Positions 26,540 through 40,020 of a DNA stretch of 64,000 nt are shown piece by piece. Position numbers and translations under genes: made by a program. Below the pieces are notes generated by a model. The model worked only from the letters and a program-made list of their open reading frames with translations, had not been told where the DNA came from and ran no database searches. The stretch is from assembly GCF_022045235.1 (NCBI RefSeq), contig NW_027266273.1:29140001-29204000 (forward strand), read 5' to 3'. How positions within the stretch are numbered: the stretch's first letter is position 1; each line of letters begins with the position of its first letter. Origin of the DNA: Haliotis cracherodii (taxonomy: Eukaryota).

Positions 26540-28770
26540 GGGTCCAAAAAGAAAGTCAGTACTGGGTATGACCACCCCTTTTTGCAATGCATGCCACACA
26601 AAGCCTTCTCGTAGAGGCTATCAGTCTCTGGATAACAGTTGTGGTGTAGTAGGTGTTAATTCTGCAGCTTGTAAATATGTATGTATTTTTAGTGTAGATA
26701 AGGTATCATGTCTTTTCTATTTCAGCTTGTTGATTCAACAGAGGGTTGTGTCATTTCCTGGTTTCTATCTATCATTAGTTGTGTCCTTATCAGTATTTGC
26801 TACTGATAACTTTCTACTGGGTCAAAGGTCAATGGTCCAGTCTATTTTACTTCCAAGGGTGTTTTATTCTATTGTTTGCTCGTCATTAGGTTTACCTGTT
26901 GTTACCCAATTAGTATACCTTTCAATTCAAATCCCTTTCTCACCTGCCATTGCTAATCTTATGCTGCACACACCCACCTGCACTGCACAGCAATGGATTG
27001 AGTATCAAGTTATCAAGGTTAGTAATCATAATTAATCTGTATCAATCTAAACATTATAATTTCAATCATTAGTATAAATCAAGTAATAAATAATAAAATA
27101 GGTTTTAAATAACTTGTAAACATAAACAAACGATAGGTTGAGTGAATGAGGTGAGTGTGATGAGATTAGGGTCTGATTCATGAGTATTGCTTATCTATAC
27201 ATATATTTTATATTTCAATGCATTGGTTATTTGGTATTTTGTGTATTTTTGGTATTTGATGCATATTTGCTATTATTTAGTAAATCTGGTGTATTTCTAG
27301 ACTTTGGACATATCTCTCTAGATGTATGCATGTATTTATTGATAGTTGTATGAATGAATGACTGAAGTTGTATTTCAGTGATGCATGTATATGCCGTGAT
27401 TATATATGTTATTTACAATATTATAATTAATATTGTATCTGTATTTAGTTTCATGTGACTGTCGAATGAGACGACTGGCAGAAGGCATGTTACACTCTCG
27501 TGTCACACACAGGGTATGTTTTGTATATAGTTTATCTATATAATATGTTCATGTTGTGCATTCATTATGCATAATATGATTAGATGATGATTTAATGATT
27601 TCCTCAGTTATGCGTTTAATAATGTGTAATGATATTGTCTTTTGTATATGAAGGTACATCTGCACTGATAAGTTATCGAGGCAGAAATATATTTGTGTAT
27701 CTGCTGTAACGATGTAATGAGTTATGAAGAAGCAGATCGATACTTTACATTTAATGTGTTATTGTACATTTATTCTGAAACACGTGATATATTGTGATTT
27801 TAAATTGTTTCAGGAGTGTCTTCTATATGCCTTGCTGAATAAACTGAATTTTCTCACAACCCCGTGGACTGTAATCTCTTGCGACTAAGGATTACACATA
27901 AGGTCTACAACAGTGGTATCCTACCCCACTCACTTGCAGAACAATTGCAAGCTCTCTAACGTTGACGATTTGAGCTTGAAATGCAATGCGCTGTCAAAGT
28001 TGGTCCCACAAGTGTCTGTTGGTCGATAGATCGGGAGATAATGCAGGCCATACCTTAACAGGTACGTCATTCTGTGTCAGGAAGTCCATAGAAGCACATA
28101 CTGTATGTACTCTGGCGTTGTCCTGTTGGAAAGTATGCAGCTCAGTGTTGACGGAAATAGAGGACAATGTGACATCTTACAATGGCATCCCTGTAGTAAA
28201 CTGCATCAACACAACCTATGCATACATGTAGCTGTGTTCTGTGCCCTATCGATCAGTCAGCACAACACAATCATCGTGACAACTTTCACCACGGTGATGC
28301 CATACCCATATGGGTCTGTCGGCATTCCTGAGGTGAAATCTGGATTCATCAGAGAAGAGAATGCCATGCCAGTGTTGAAGTAACCATTGCCTGTGGCCCA
28401 GCAACCATTGGCACGTAAGCCAGTCCCAGGCATACAAGATCTCCTCATCTACCTACAATGGTAGCTGCTGTTCTTGAAGGTGGAAGTTTTCCCTTATGTA
28501 GATGAGCCTTCACAATCTGTTGGTCTTCCCTGGATGTTGTCACACGTTTTGGCCCTGGGCGTGTTTGTCTCTGGTACGTCCTGTCTGCTGAAATCATTGG
28601 TTCAGTCTTGTGATGGAACTGGGGTGGCATCCAAAACCTTTCTGCTGAGACCTTGTCATGCCAACTTCAATCATGGCAACGGCATGTTCCTGTTCCTCAG
28701 TGTCAGTCCTGGCATCATGTTCTCAGTGCTATTCCGCAGCTATAGCAATTATGCAGGTAGCCTTTGAATG
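26540..28770 (-). mobile_element. Tc1 remnant split by a solo LTR
   Basis: RPGPKRVTTSRED, ILFSDESRF, WPALSPDLSTNRHLWD, then EWGRIP|...IQRLIAS...CIAKRGGHTQY* across the LTR. Confidence 0.85.
26645..27912 (+). mobile_element. Solo LTR (1268 bp), TSD GTGG
   Basis: Ends TGTAGTAG...CTACAACA, AATAAA at about 27838, and GTGG at 26641-44 and 27913-16. Excision rejoins the Tc1. Confidence 0.85.
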
Positions 28771-29199
28771 CCATCTCTTTATACCCCATTTCTGCACGAA
28801 AAAGTAATGACACTTTGCATTGCTTTGCACATGTAAAAACATGTTTTTGTGTACTGTTCTCTAGCTCCTAACCATGGGGTATTTTCATTGTTTATTTCCA
28901 ACTACCCATCATGATATTTTAGTGGAATCATGTTGGTGCATTTTCAAAGCAGGTCAGTATATCTTTTTAATACATTTCCTGAGATTTTATTTGATAATAG
29001 CTTTGTTAGGGGAAGGGATCTGTCATCTGAATCAAAGGCCTTTAGAAAGTCTTCAAAGCAAGTACATAATTTTTACTTTATATTTTATTTTTGCAGAATA
29101 TCTTATTGTTTTAAGAACAAATACATTATCTGTTGTTCGGTAGCCCCAGAAGGATTCCATTTATTCTGATCCTGAGGAACTAACAAAACAATTTCAACA

Positions 29200-29627
29200 C
29201 TAACACAAAAATATCTTCTCCAAATCCTCTACATTATTCATCAAGACATGGAGATATGAATATATGTGACAGTCATAATAAACCTATATAAGATAATGAA
29301 ACTTTGCTTGACATGAATTGTTTTATGCAAATGAAAGTCAAGGTAAAGACAACACAAGTAAACAACTTTAAGTCCATTTAATAGTTTACAGAATTTGTTG
29401 GTTCCTCTTTTGATAGGGTTTCCAGTTGTTCCAGCTGATTTTGTTTATATATACATTTTCTTCTGAGAAACTTTTGTACTCTTTGTATGACAAAAGAGCC
29501 CTATTTTTAATTGATGTGTTTTTTTTATTATTGAACTTGTGATATTCTCCCTCCATGTTACGTTTTGCCTCTTTACATTCAACATCATACCATAGATTTT
29601 TAGGGTACATCTGATTATTTCTGCAAG
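29200..29627 (-). mobile_element. LINE ORF2 fragment (target of the Gypsy insertion)
   Basis: WYDVECKEAKR, the endonuclease-RT linker motif. The sequence appears to continue after 39422. Confidence 0.55.
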
Positions 29628-31984
29628 TGTTGTATAGTGTACTTTTCACCCATTGTTAGTGCATTCAGTTAAATTGTGCATCCCCTGTTTAATATATTCC
29701 ATGTTTCAAGGGTGTAAGTAAATACATGTTGAGTGTCTTGTCCACGGTCTAAGGTAAATCACTCTGTCAGTCCTCTGAAAGTTGTGCCGCTTAGCACACT
29801 GTCAAATTGAATGCGCATACGTCATTGGCTGATGTATCTTTGTTAGCCATGTTTAATGAAACAAACTGATGTGACTCAAATTCTTTGTTGTTTTCAGGTA
29901 TGTATGATAATTAACGGTCGAGATAAGACCACAACATATGTAATTATGTAGATAAGAACATGTAGATTTGAAATAACCATATTTGGCTATATAGGTAATG
30001 TTGTAATTAGATAATTACTTGCTTAACTATAACGCTGCGCCCAGTCGGTGTTCACGGACGACATGGTAGCGAACGACAGTCAAGGTCATTTGTCGTTTTA
30101 GTACTCACACAGATATATATGATGTGTATCTCTGTCAAACATGTACACACACACTCCTTTGGCAATGTTTTCAAGCAAAAGTTAGAATAAAAAGCACTAA
30201 TTGTCCACTCCTCGCTGATCGTTCATATTTGAGGCCACATGACCTCCCACATTTTCATGTACATCGTTTAGCATACTTTCGTTGTATATTTTGTAATAAT
30301 TTTTTTATTTGAAGTTTACACGATATACGGCTTTACCATTGGACCAGAGGTCGGTCACATGACCGCGAAATTGACGTTCATACGTTTTTCACGAGACCGT
30401 GTTCTTGAAATGACGTAAACACTGACGGACTACTTCCACATTCCTGGGGAAACCCCTGGGAATTCCCTGGCACGAAAACATGCATAAGCGTTCTTTCTGA
30501 TCATTTAGAACCTTTATTTTTGGTCTCAGTGTTTCAGTTTACTTTGAGAAATGTCAGAGAGAGTGACTGTTCACGAATATCCTCGCTGCGGCCCATCCTA
30601 ATGAACAAACGAAGAAATGCACATCTAAACTATCGTAGTATCGACTCGATCCGTGCCTAGGCTAACATTGACCGTCTCCAGCAATCTATGAATTTACCTT
30701 TGTGTCTTTTTGACGCATCTTTATTCACCTTTCAATGATCGGCCAGTCGATCAATGATGACTAACACATATAACCGCCAAAGGTTCATCAACAACTTTGG
30801 AAATCTCTCCCGTCACGTTTATCGTGTTGGCCATTTTGACGTCTTGTACTTGATGTAAATGTATTACGACGCACTGTCACTGTGACTGACTTACTGAGGC
30901 AGTTCTTTACAGACCTTTCTCATCTAATGAGGATATGATTTGAACACATGTGCTGCGTAAGATGTTTCTGGAGAGCAAGTTGTGCACCCATACACCAATG
31001 TCACCTCTCTTTTTGAGGAACTATTTTACTCCGCGATATAGCTGGTTGTTGTATGGCTGTCAGTATAAACATGAAGTCACACGTACTAAATAAAATTAGG
31101 CCTACATCTTTTGAGGTAAGAAATTGTGATAAAAATAGTCGCAAGCTCCGACGTTCATACAGTTTGGCCCTCACTCTATGAAGGTTCATACTCCAATGAA
31201 CTCACACAAAGTGAAGGTCAATTCTTAAATAACACACTTCAAGCACATAGCATAATCATTGTAAATATAACTTTTCTGCAATAAAACATCATAACTGAGC
31301 TGAACAAATATAAGTTACAGCACATCCCATTTCATTGCATAGCATCTGTCTCAGTTAAAGGGAGGTAATTCTTGTTGTCTTGTTTACACACTTCACGACT
31401 TCACTTCATTTTACGACACTTCACAATGTAATGCAGTTTGACTCAATACTCATTTAGAATATAATCTGTGTAATTTCTTAGTTTTCATTTGTAATAACAA
31501 ACTAATGGGAGTATAATTCATTAAGGTATTATTTTCACACAGAACATATGCCAAATATATAATTAGTTCACTTTTATAGAGTATTTGATGATTTATGCAA
31601 TGTTGTAATACAGTATGGAAAATTAGCATCTTATTGGTGTTATGGTTACCATTAATGCATGGATTTATCTTTTATGGTTTCTTGAAAGTTGATATTAATG
31701 TTATCAACTAGTTCCATTGAAACTTGTGTTGATGGGTCTTGTCATCTAATACTGACATTGAAAATATAAGTAACGAAGAACTAGAAGTATTATAATAGTT
31801 TATTGTATGCCTAATATAGTTAATGAGTGTTGATATTTTATCCGTTGCGCCACACCTAGTTGAAAAGGTGAAGCAAAAACATGATGTATCTTTGTCAGCC
31901 ATGTTTTATGAAACATAAACTGATGTGACCCAAATTCTTTGTTGTTTTCAGTTGTCAATCTGAGCAGTTGTGACCTGGGTAACA
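29628..31984 (+). repeat. 5' LTR (2357 bp)
   Basis: tgttgtatag...ctgggtaaca; high identity to 38131-39418 plus about 1.06 kb extra. Confidence 0.93.
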
Positions 31985-31986
31985 TT

Positions 31987-32003
31987 TGGCGAGCGTGCCA
32001 GGA
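31987..32003 (+). promoter_or_regulatory. Primer-binding site, tRNA-Arg-like
   Basis: TGGCGAGCGTGCCAGGA starts 2 nt after the LTR and resembles the complement of the tRNA-Arg(ACG) 3' end. Confidence 0.8.
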
Positions 32004-32037
32004 TCAGAAGAATCTACGTTACCCAGCACTGAACAAC

Positions 32038-33170
32038 ATGGCGGAATGGGAAATCAAGTCCATCATATATGGGTTGAGTCCAACCCGACTGGGTGAGATC
32101 CTCGATCGAGTAGGAGTAACAGTCAAGTCAACCGAAGATAAAGGACAGTTGTTGACAACATTAGAGTCCTACATTACTGATTGCAAGACAGATGAGAGCA
32201 AAGGGCGGGGCTACCAAGTTAGGCCTACTTCTGACATTCTGTAAGGGAGACAGCATGCCTGTAGACACTGATTCTGGAGTTCATTGCTCCCAAACTCAAG
32301 CTTCTTGGAGGAAAGAATTCAAGGTACATGGACAAATCAACAGAAAACTGGGAATCAGCTTTGTTTATGTGGTAAGGTAAATAGATTCTGGGAAACAACA
32401 GGGCTATTCTGTCACAGAGATTATTGATGGAGTTATCAGGGCTATTAGCACTACAGATCCGTTCTGTGGGTACCTGGAAGGAAACGACAAGTTATCCATA
32501 CCTGTACTTCGTAAACTGTTACGATCATATTTTCAAGAACGAGGAGCTACAGAGCTATACCAAGACCTGAGCAATGGGGTACAGTCACAGAAAGAAGAAG
32601 CCCTAGATTTTGTTCTGAGGATGCTTGATCTCTGCCAGAAGATTCTTTTCTCTTCACTTGAAAAAGGTGCTGATGTGACATATGATCCCACCTTGGTTCG
32701 TCAGGTCACACGGAGAAGTATACTGACTGTTCTCAGAGATCCTATATTGGCCCAGGAACTGAAGAATTCATTTGGGAGGGACCCAAGTGATGAAGAGATT
32801 GTTACTCTGGTTAGTAGTGCAGAGCTTCTCTTAACGAGCGAAGTCGCAAAACCAAATCAGCAAGTGTGAGAGAAATTCAAGCAGAAAACAGAGCTGAAAA
32901 CCCAAGTACACCAGTGAAAGATGATGCAACTCAAAGCCTGATTAAGGAACTACAAGCTGAAGTGGCTGCATTAGAGATGAACAATACTGCTCACTCAAGA
33001 ATGGCGCAAAGGAGACCCAAGAGATTATGCGACAGTTGCACAAGTACCGGCAGGAGCTGTTGTGATCATTGTTTTGCCTGTGGTTCAAGTGAACATCTGC
33101 AGATTGGGTGCAAGAAGCAATGGCAAAAATCGTCGGTCGGAAAACGGGAGCAAGTCAGTGATGGCAGGGG
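32038..33170 (+). pseudogene. gag: Gypsy gag (disrupted)
   Basis: WRKEFKVHGQI...EIIDGVIRAI...ELYQDL...CDHCFACGSSEHLQIGC; contains stops and frameshifts. Confidence 0.85.
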
Positions 33171-33174
33171 CCCT

Positions 33175-36100
33175 CTGACCCGTGTGGAAAAGACCCTGAA
33201 TGTTAGCTGTTGTCAGTGTGAAAAGAACCTTGAAGGATCTAGATATCTGAGATGTTCTAAATGCCATACTACTCCCTACTGCTCCTACAGCTGTCAACTG
33301 GGACAGCCACAAGAGGGTATGCAGTGCCATAAGTGGACTTGAGAGCAAAGCTAACAAGATAGATATGGGTGAGACAGCTTCACTAACACCAACTCAGAAG
33401 CAGGAACTGGTCAGGCTGGTTGGGAAACCATGCAAGGTACCCTGCCTATTCAATAGTATAAAAACAGAGGTCTTATGGGACACCGGTGCGCAGGTATTGT
33501 TAGTATCACAGTCATTTCTCAACCAAAACTTCAGAGACAGTGAAATCAGGGACATTCATGAACTTCTGGGTGAAGACCTGACAGTCAAAGCGGCTAATGG
33601 GGAAAATATACCATTTCTGGGATGGACAAAAGTGCAATTTCAGTAGTTGAAGGGAGACCCTAACAAATCCCTGAACGTTCCAGTTTTAGTCACAAATCTT
33701 ACAGATTTTGATTGTCCAATCATTGGTTCTAATGTGATAGAACAGTATCTTAGTGATAATGATGCAGATAGTGTTCATGTGATACAGTCTGGTCTGCCGA
33801 CAGTAGCTAAATCTAAACTAAATGCTATTGTAAATCTATTGAAAGAGGAGAAATCTGATATATTGTTTGAAGTTTTCAGCAGCAAGCAGTTTATCACAGT
33901 TAGCGGAGGACAGTTGTGAAATGTCAAGTCAAGTCCAACCTCAAAGAACCTATTACAGCTGTGTTTGAACCAAGTAATGATAACTCTTTGCATGAAGATT
34001 TAACAGTTTCAGGATCACTACTCCACATCAAGAGAGGCACTAGGGCCAGCATTCCAGTCACTCTGATGAACCATTCTAGTCGGGACATACAAGTTAAGGA
34101 GTAAAACACTCCTTCGAACTATCCAACAAATACAGTCAGTGACACCACTGAAACCCTCAGACAACCTTGAGACTCCACTGCAGGAAGCAACTGAACGTGC
34201 ATCTGATGATCCTCCATTATCACAGATAACAGTTACAGATGGAGAACTCTGGCATCCACCAATGGATCTTGACAGCACAGATCTATCTGAAGAACAGAAG
34301 GAGCAGGTACGTCAAAATGCTGTATGAGGAATCAAATGTATTTAGTCGAAGTGATGATGACATTGGCACCATTACTGAACTGCAAATGGACATTCGCCTT
34401 ACTGATAGCACACCAGTACAGAAGAGTGACATGTCTATCCCTCAGCCACTTTATCAGGAAGTTAAGACTTACTTGGAGGATCTTTTGCGCAAAGGGTGGG
34501 TGACCCCATCGTCATCACTATATTCAAGCCCACTTGTGTGTGTACGGAAAAGGGACTCGTCGCTGAGACTATGTGTGGACTTCAGGGCTCTGAATCGTAA
34601 AAGTATCCCGGATAGATACCCGATAATTTGTGTTCAAGACGCATTGAACAGATTAAAGGAAACAGATGGTTTACTCTCCTGGATCAAGGAAAAGCATATC
34701 ATCAAGGATTCATCTGAGAGGAGTGTCGATCATACACAGCATTCACCAGTCCCTGGGGCTTATATGAATGGACACGCATACCGTTTGGACTCAATGGTGC
34801 GCCAGGTGCATTTCAGCGATTCATGGACCAGTGCCTTCATGGACTCAGAGATAGAATATGCATACCTTATCTTGATGACATAATCTGTTTCAGCAAGGAT
34901 TTCTCTCAACACATAGAAGATGCTAGGGCAGTATTATATCGCCTACATGAGTATGGTGTGAAACTCAAAGCTAGGAAATGTAACCTCTTTCGGAAGCAGA
35001 TAAGATATTTAGGTCACATGGTATCTGAACAAGGAATAGGAATGGCCCCAGAGGATAAAGCAGCAGTTCTGAAGCTGAAAACGAACAACCCATCAACTGT
35101 TGGTGATGTTCGTAAATTGCTTGGATTCATAGGCTTTGCCAGACGAGCCCAGTGTTTATTTGGACTGTTACGGAGACCCGAAACAAAACCAGCAAAATCT
35201 GCAAAAAAACAAGTACAACTCTAAGAAAGGATCTCGTCAAGTGTCATCCAACTACAAGATTGAATGGACTAAGAGACATCAAGATGCAATAAATGATCTC
35301 ACTGATGAACTCTTAAGTGACAGAATCATGTGCTTTCCTGAATAGGATAAAGAATACATACTCCATGTTGACGCTTCACAAGAAGGTTTGGGTGCTATCC
35401 TGTATCAACAAAGAGCAGATGGGCAGTTGGGTGTTATTGCTTATAGTTCAAGATCACTATCCCCAGCAGAAAAAAACTATCATTCTCATTCTGGACAGTT
35501 GGAGTTTTTAGCTTTAAAATGGGCAATAACTGAAAAGTTCAGGGACTATCTATACTATTCACCCAACTTTGTTGTCTATAGCGACAACAACCCTCTCACG
35601 TATGTATTAACAGCCAAGCTTGATGGAACCAGACATCGATGGGTAGCTGAGCTAGCAGACTATAACTTCTCTATAAAGTACAAGCCAGGGAAACAGAACA
35701 ATGATGCTGATGGACTAAGTAGAATGCCATTAGACTTCAATGAATACATGTCCCAATGCACAGAAGAAGTAAACCCAGATGTTATAGGTACGTCTATTCA
35801 GGAAGTGTATGCTAGGGAAACAAATGAGGTAGCATGGATATCTGCAATCACAGACAGTTACAGCAACTTAACAGATCTTGACTCATCAGCTGATGATTCA
35901 AAACCCTTCCAGTGCTTTACAACAAATCGACAAGCCCAGAGGAATGATGATGCTATTAGTCCAACTTTACAGCTACTGCGCTGCAAACGGAGTAAGAGAG
36001 AAGGACGTGATGTTGTCCATGACAAGGCCAACTCTGAACTGAACTGTTTACTCAGAGAACTCAATAAGCTCATCTTTGACAAGAATGGTATATTGTGTCG

Positions 36101-37693
36101 CAAAACTTCAATCTTTGGTCTTCAAGAGAGTGTTGCCAAAAGTGTACAGGTCATTGGTGTTGAAAGAACTCCACAATGACATGGGTCATCAGGGTATCGA
36201 GAGAGTGACTGACCTAATCAGGGAGAGATTTTACTGGCCCTTCGTGACATAGAAAGATATGTGACTAAAGAGTGCAGTTGTTTAAAGGACAAACCACCGA
36301 CTTTCACTCACAGAGCTCCGCTCACTCCTATCAGAACAACAGCACCATTCCAAATGGTATCGATTGACTTTGTACATCTTGAAAGAAGTTCTGGTGGATG
36401 TGAGAACATATTTGGCTTCCCGGAGAAACTTCATCATGACCAGGGTAAGGAGTTTGAGAATGAACTATTCCACCATCTTCAGAAGTATTGTAGGATGGCT
36501 CGCTCACGCACCACTCCATACCATCCAAGTCATCAAGTTGAGAGACTAAAAAGAACGCTGTTGGGAATGCTTCGAACACTACCGCAGGAAATGAAGAGCA
36601 ACTGGAAGGATCATGTGAAGAAAGTAGTTCATGCTTACAACTGCACCCGCCATCAGTCCACCGGTTTCTCTCCGTTCTACCTTCTATTTGGTAGATCACC
36701 CGGATTGCCTATAGACCTTATGTTCGGTCTGAACCCAGATGAAGAAAGTAGGGATCCAAGGAAGTATGTGGAAAAATGGAAATACTGCATGAAAGAAGCT
36801 TACGAGATGGCAAGCAAGAGTGCAGAGAAGTCCGCTATCAAAGGGAAAAGGAACTATGATCGAAAAGTGAGAAGTTCTGTTCTACCAGCAGGTGATCGAG
36901 AAACCTATCTGAACGTGGAGGTCCAGGAAAATTATGAGGATATTGGGACTCAAGGATCCATGTTGTAGTCAGATGAATGTCGAACGATAGTCCTGTATAT
37001 GAACTGGAAGCTGAAGATGGAATCGGTCGAAACAGGGTGTTACATAGGAACCTACTATTGCCATGTGACAGTTTGCCGGTTGAAGAAGCTGTCACAGCAC
37101 TAAAGCCTAAACCTAGGAAACTATACCATAAAAGAAGCCTGTTTGACGACCAGTCAAAAGGTAGCAGTGACAGTTCTAGCCCAGACAACATGGCAGTTTG
37201 TGGCACACCCTCTGGATCTGATAATGATGATAAATCATCACATGTTGGCAGTGAGTCAGATGAACAGAAGGAGGAGCATTCCAAACAAGTTGCATCTGGA
37301 AGGGAAGAAAACAACTTGTCAACATCAGAAACTGAACATGGAACACAGTCAGACGTTAATGCGTCTGAAGGGACTGTACAACTAGACAGGCCGAGTGAAA
37401 CAGTAAGTGACTCTGAACTGGCAGATGATGAAGAGGAAGTTGAAAGGCTTGCACAACGTAGACGCATCAGGAGAACACCAAATATTCTGACATATGACAC
37501 TATGGGCAATCCAAGATATGCACCAAGAAATGTCCGATTGCAACCTGTGCGTGTAACCATGTCACCAGCAACAAGATTTATGTGGTTCTGTGCAGCAAAC
37601 CCATATCAGAACTTCAGTACTCTTCTACAGAATTGTCACAGACCAGCGATGTACCCTATATGGTACAGATCAGCTATCCAGTGTTCCATGTAA
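33175..37693 (+). pseudogene. pol: Gypsy pol (MYND finger, PR, RT, RNase H, IN, acidic tail; disrupted)
   Basis: LWDTGAQV; LRLCVDFRALN; YLDDII; DASQEGLGAIL...LEFLALKWAI...SDNNPL; HNDMGHQG...HHDQGKEFEN...VERLKRTL; LHRNLLLPC. Confidence 0.93.
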
Positions 37694-38119
37694 ATAACTC
37701 GAGAAACAGTAATGAGTTGTCTGCACAGGCAGATTATCATGATTAGTCAGATGCTAGCTTGTAATATTTGTGCATATATTAGATATATAGTTAGCAATGC
37801 AAGTTTGCGTAATATGTTGTGAATGAGTCATTGAACATTATGTGTATGTGTATGGCACATCTACCAATATTTTAGTTATATACTATACTGAGGGTTTTGT
37901 ATTCCTATTGGCCACATGGCAATGTCAGTTATCCATCAGATTAAGTCTTTTATGATGTCAGGTGCTGCATTACCTTTGAAGGTTAACACATATGTTCATA
38001 ACTAATGTATCACATTAGTAGTTCAAAGCAGATGTAAATATTTGATGTTGTATTCTCATTAGCTTATATTATGTACCCATTTTGGTCTGTTGTTCAAGAA
38101 TTTGGGGTCATTTTTTTTA

Positions 38120-38130
38120 TGGGGGGAGGG
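38120..38130 (+). promoter_or_regulatory. Polypurine tract
   Basis: tggggggaggg immediately before the 3' LTR. Confidence 0.85.
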
Positions 38131-39418
38131 TGTTGTATATAGTACTTTTCACCCATTGTAAGTGCATTCAGTTAAATTTTGCATCCTCTGTCTAATATAT
38201 TCCGTGTTTTCAAGGGTGTAACTAAATACATGTTGAGTGTCTCGTCCACGGCCTAAGGGAAATCACTCTGTCATACTCTGAAAATTGTGCCGCTTAGCAC
38301 ACTGTCAAATTGAATGTGCTTACGTCATTGGCTGATGTATCTTTGTTAGCCATATTTTATGAAACATAAACCGATGTGACCCAAATTCTTTGTTGTTTTC
38401 AGGTATGTATGATAATTAATGGTCGAGATAAGACCACAACATATGTAATTATGTAGATAAGAACATGTAGATTTGAAATAACCATATTTGGCTATATAGG
38501 TAATGTTGTAATTAGATAATTACTTGCTTAACTATAACGCTGTGCCCAGTCAGTGTTCACGGATGACATGGTAGCGAAGGACAGTCAAGGTCATTTGTCG
38601 TTTTAGTACTCACACAGATATATATGATGTGTATCTCTGTCAAACATGTACACACACACTCCTTTGGCAATGTTTTCAAGCAAAAGTTAGGATAAAAAGC
38701 ACTAATTGTCCACACCTCGCTGATTGTTCATATTTGAGGTCACGTGACCTCCCACATTTTCATGTACATCGTTTAGCATACTTTCGTTGCATATCATATG
38801 TCTCAGTTAAAGGGAGGTAATTCTTGTCTTGTTTACACACTGATTTTACGACACTTCACAATGTAATGCAGTTTGACTCAATACTCATTTAGAATATAAT
38901 CTGTGTAATTTCTTAGTTTTCATTTGTAATAACAAACTAATGGGAGCATAATTCATTAAGGTATTATTTTCACACAGAACATATGCCAAATATATAATTA
39001 GTTCACTTTTATAGAGTATTTGATGATTTATGCAATGTTGTAATACGGTATGGAAAATTAGCATCTTATTGGTGTTATGGTTACCATAAATGCATGGATT
39101 TATCTTTTATGGTTTCTTGAAAGTTGATATTAATGTTATCAACTAGTTCCATTGAAACTTGTGTTGATGGGCTTGTCATCTAATACTGACATTGAAAATA
39201 TAAGTAACCAAGAACTAGTTGGGTATTATAATAGTTTATTGTATGCCTGATATAGTTAATGAGTGTTGATATTTTATCCGTTGCACTACACCAAGTTGAA
39301 AACTTGAAGCATAAACATGATGTATCTTTGTCAGCCATGTTTTATGAAACAAACTGATGTGACCCAAATTCTTTGTTGTTTTCAGTTGTCAATCTGAGCG
39401 ATTGTGACCTGGGTAACA
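38131..39418 (+). repeat. 3' LTR (1288 bp)
   Basis: tgttgtata...ctgggtaaca; matches the 5' LTR. Confidence 0.93.
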
Positions 39419-40020
39419 CAAGGCTTTGTTGATGGTTTGTAATATATCAGAGAAGGCATTAGTGAGTGCTTCGCATTCAGAACTATCTTGTGGGCTGGAG
39501 TATAACATAAAATTGTCCAAGACAGTTTGAATACAAGTTGCATGTTCTACACATATGTGACTGTTGGACTGCCAGCGTCTTCTACCCGTGTATTTAGTAA
39601 AGGTTACATTTGTGGCCTTCTGAACAAATATGCCAATTATATGATGGTATCGTTGCTGATGATGACTGGTCCATCCATGTCAGTGACCTTGACGACAAGC
39701 TCTGTTGCACACAAGTCCAGGTACTACACTTACATCTTGCAAACTCCCAGGCTGCGGATGATTACTCCACCACAGGCCTTTGGTCTTACTCCTGGTGAAG
39801 GAATACTATCTGGATCAGCACTAGAGTCTATTCAACACATGACACTGTGTCTTGTGGCGTTGATGACAGGCTGATTTCAATCCAAGATTTCCTTACAGGA
39901 GTGTCTGTACCGTTATTACTTCTCGCTCTGGTTGATTCGCTGGCATTGCATTGATGGTTCCAAGAAACATGCATTCCCTTCTGTGACGGTTTGATTTCAC
40001 CAATTCTGCCTGTTCTTCTA

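Larger units (their letters stand above)
29628..39418 (+). mobile_element. Full-length Ty3/Gypsy LTR retrotransposon, TSD CAAG
   Basis: Two TG...CA LTRs, PBS, PPT, gag-PR-RT-RH-IN order, and CAAG at 29624-27 and 39419-22. Confidence 0.97.

Noticed and set aside
26520-27035. 171-aa hydrophobic ORF
   Set aside because: Spans the Tc1/solo-LTR junction; chance ORF in T-rich sequence.
36838-37560. 240-aa Ser-rich minus-strand ORF
   Set aside because: Antisense shadow of the acidic integrase tail.
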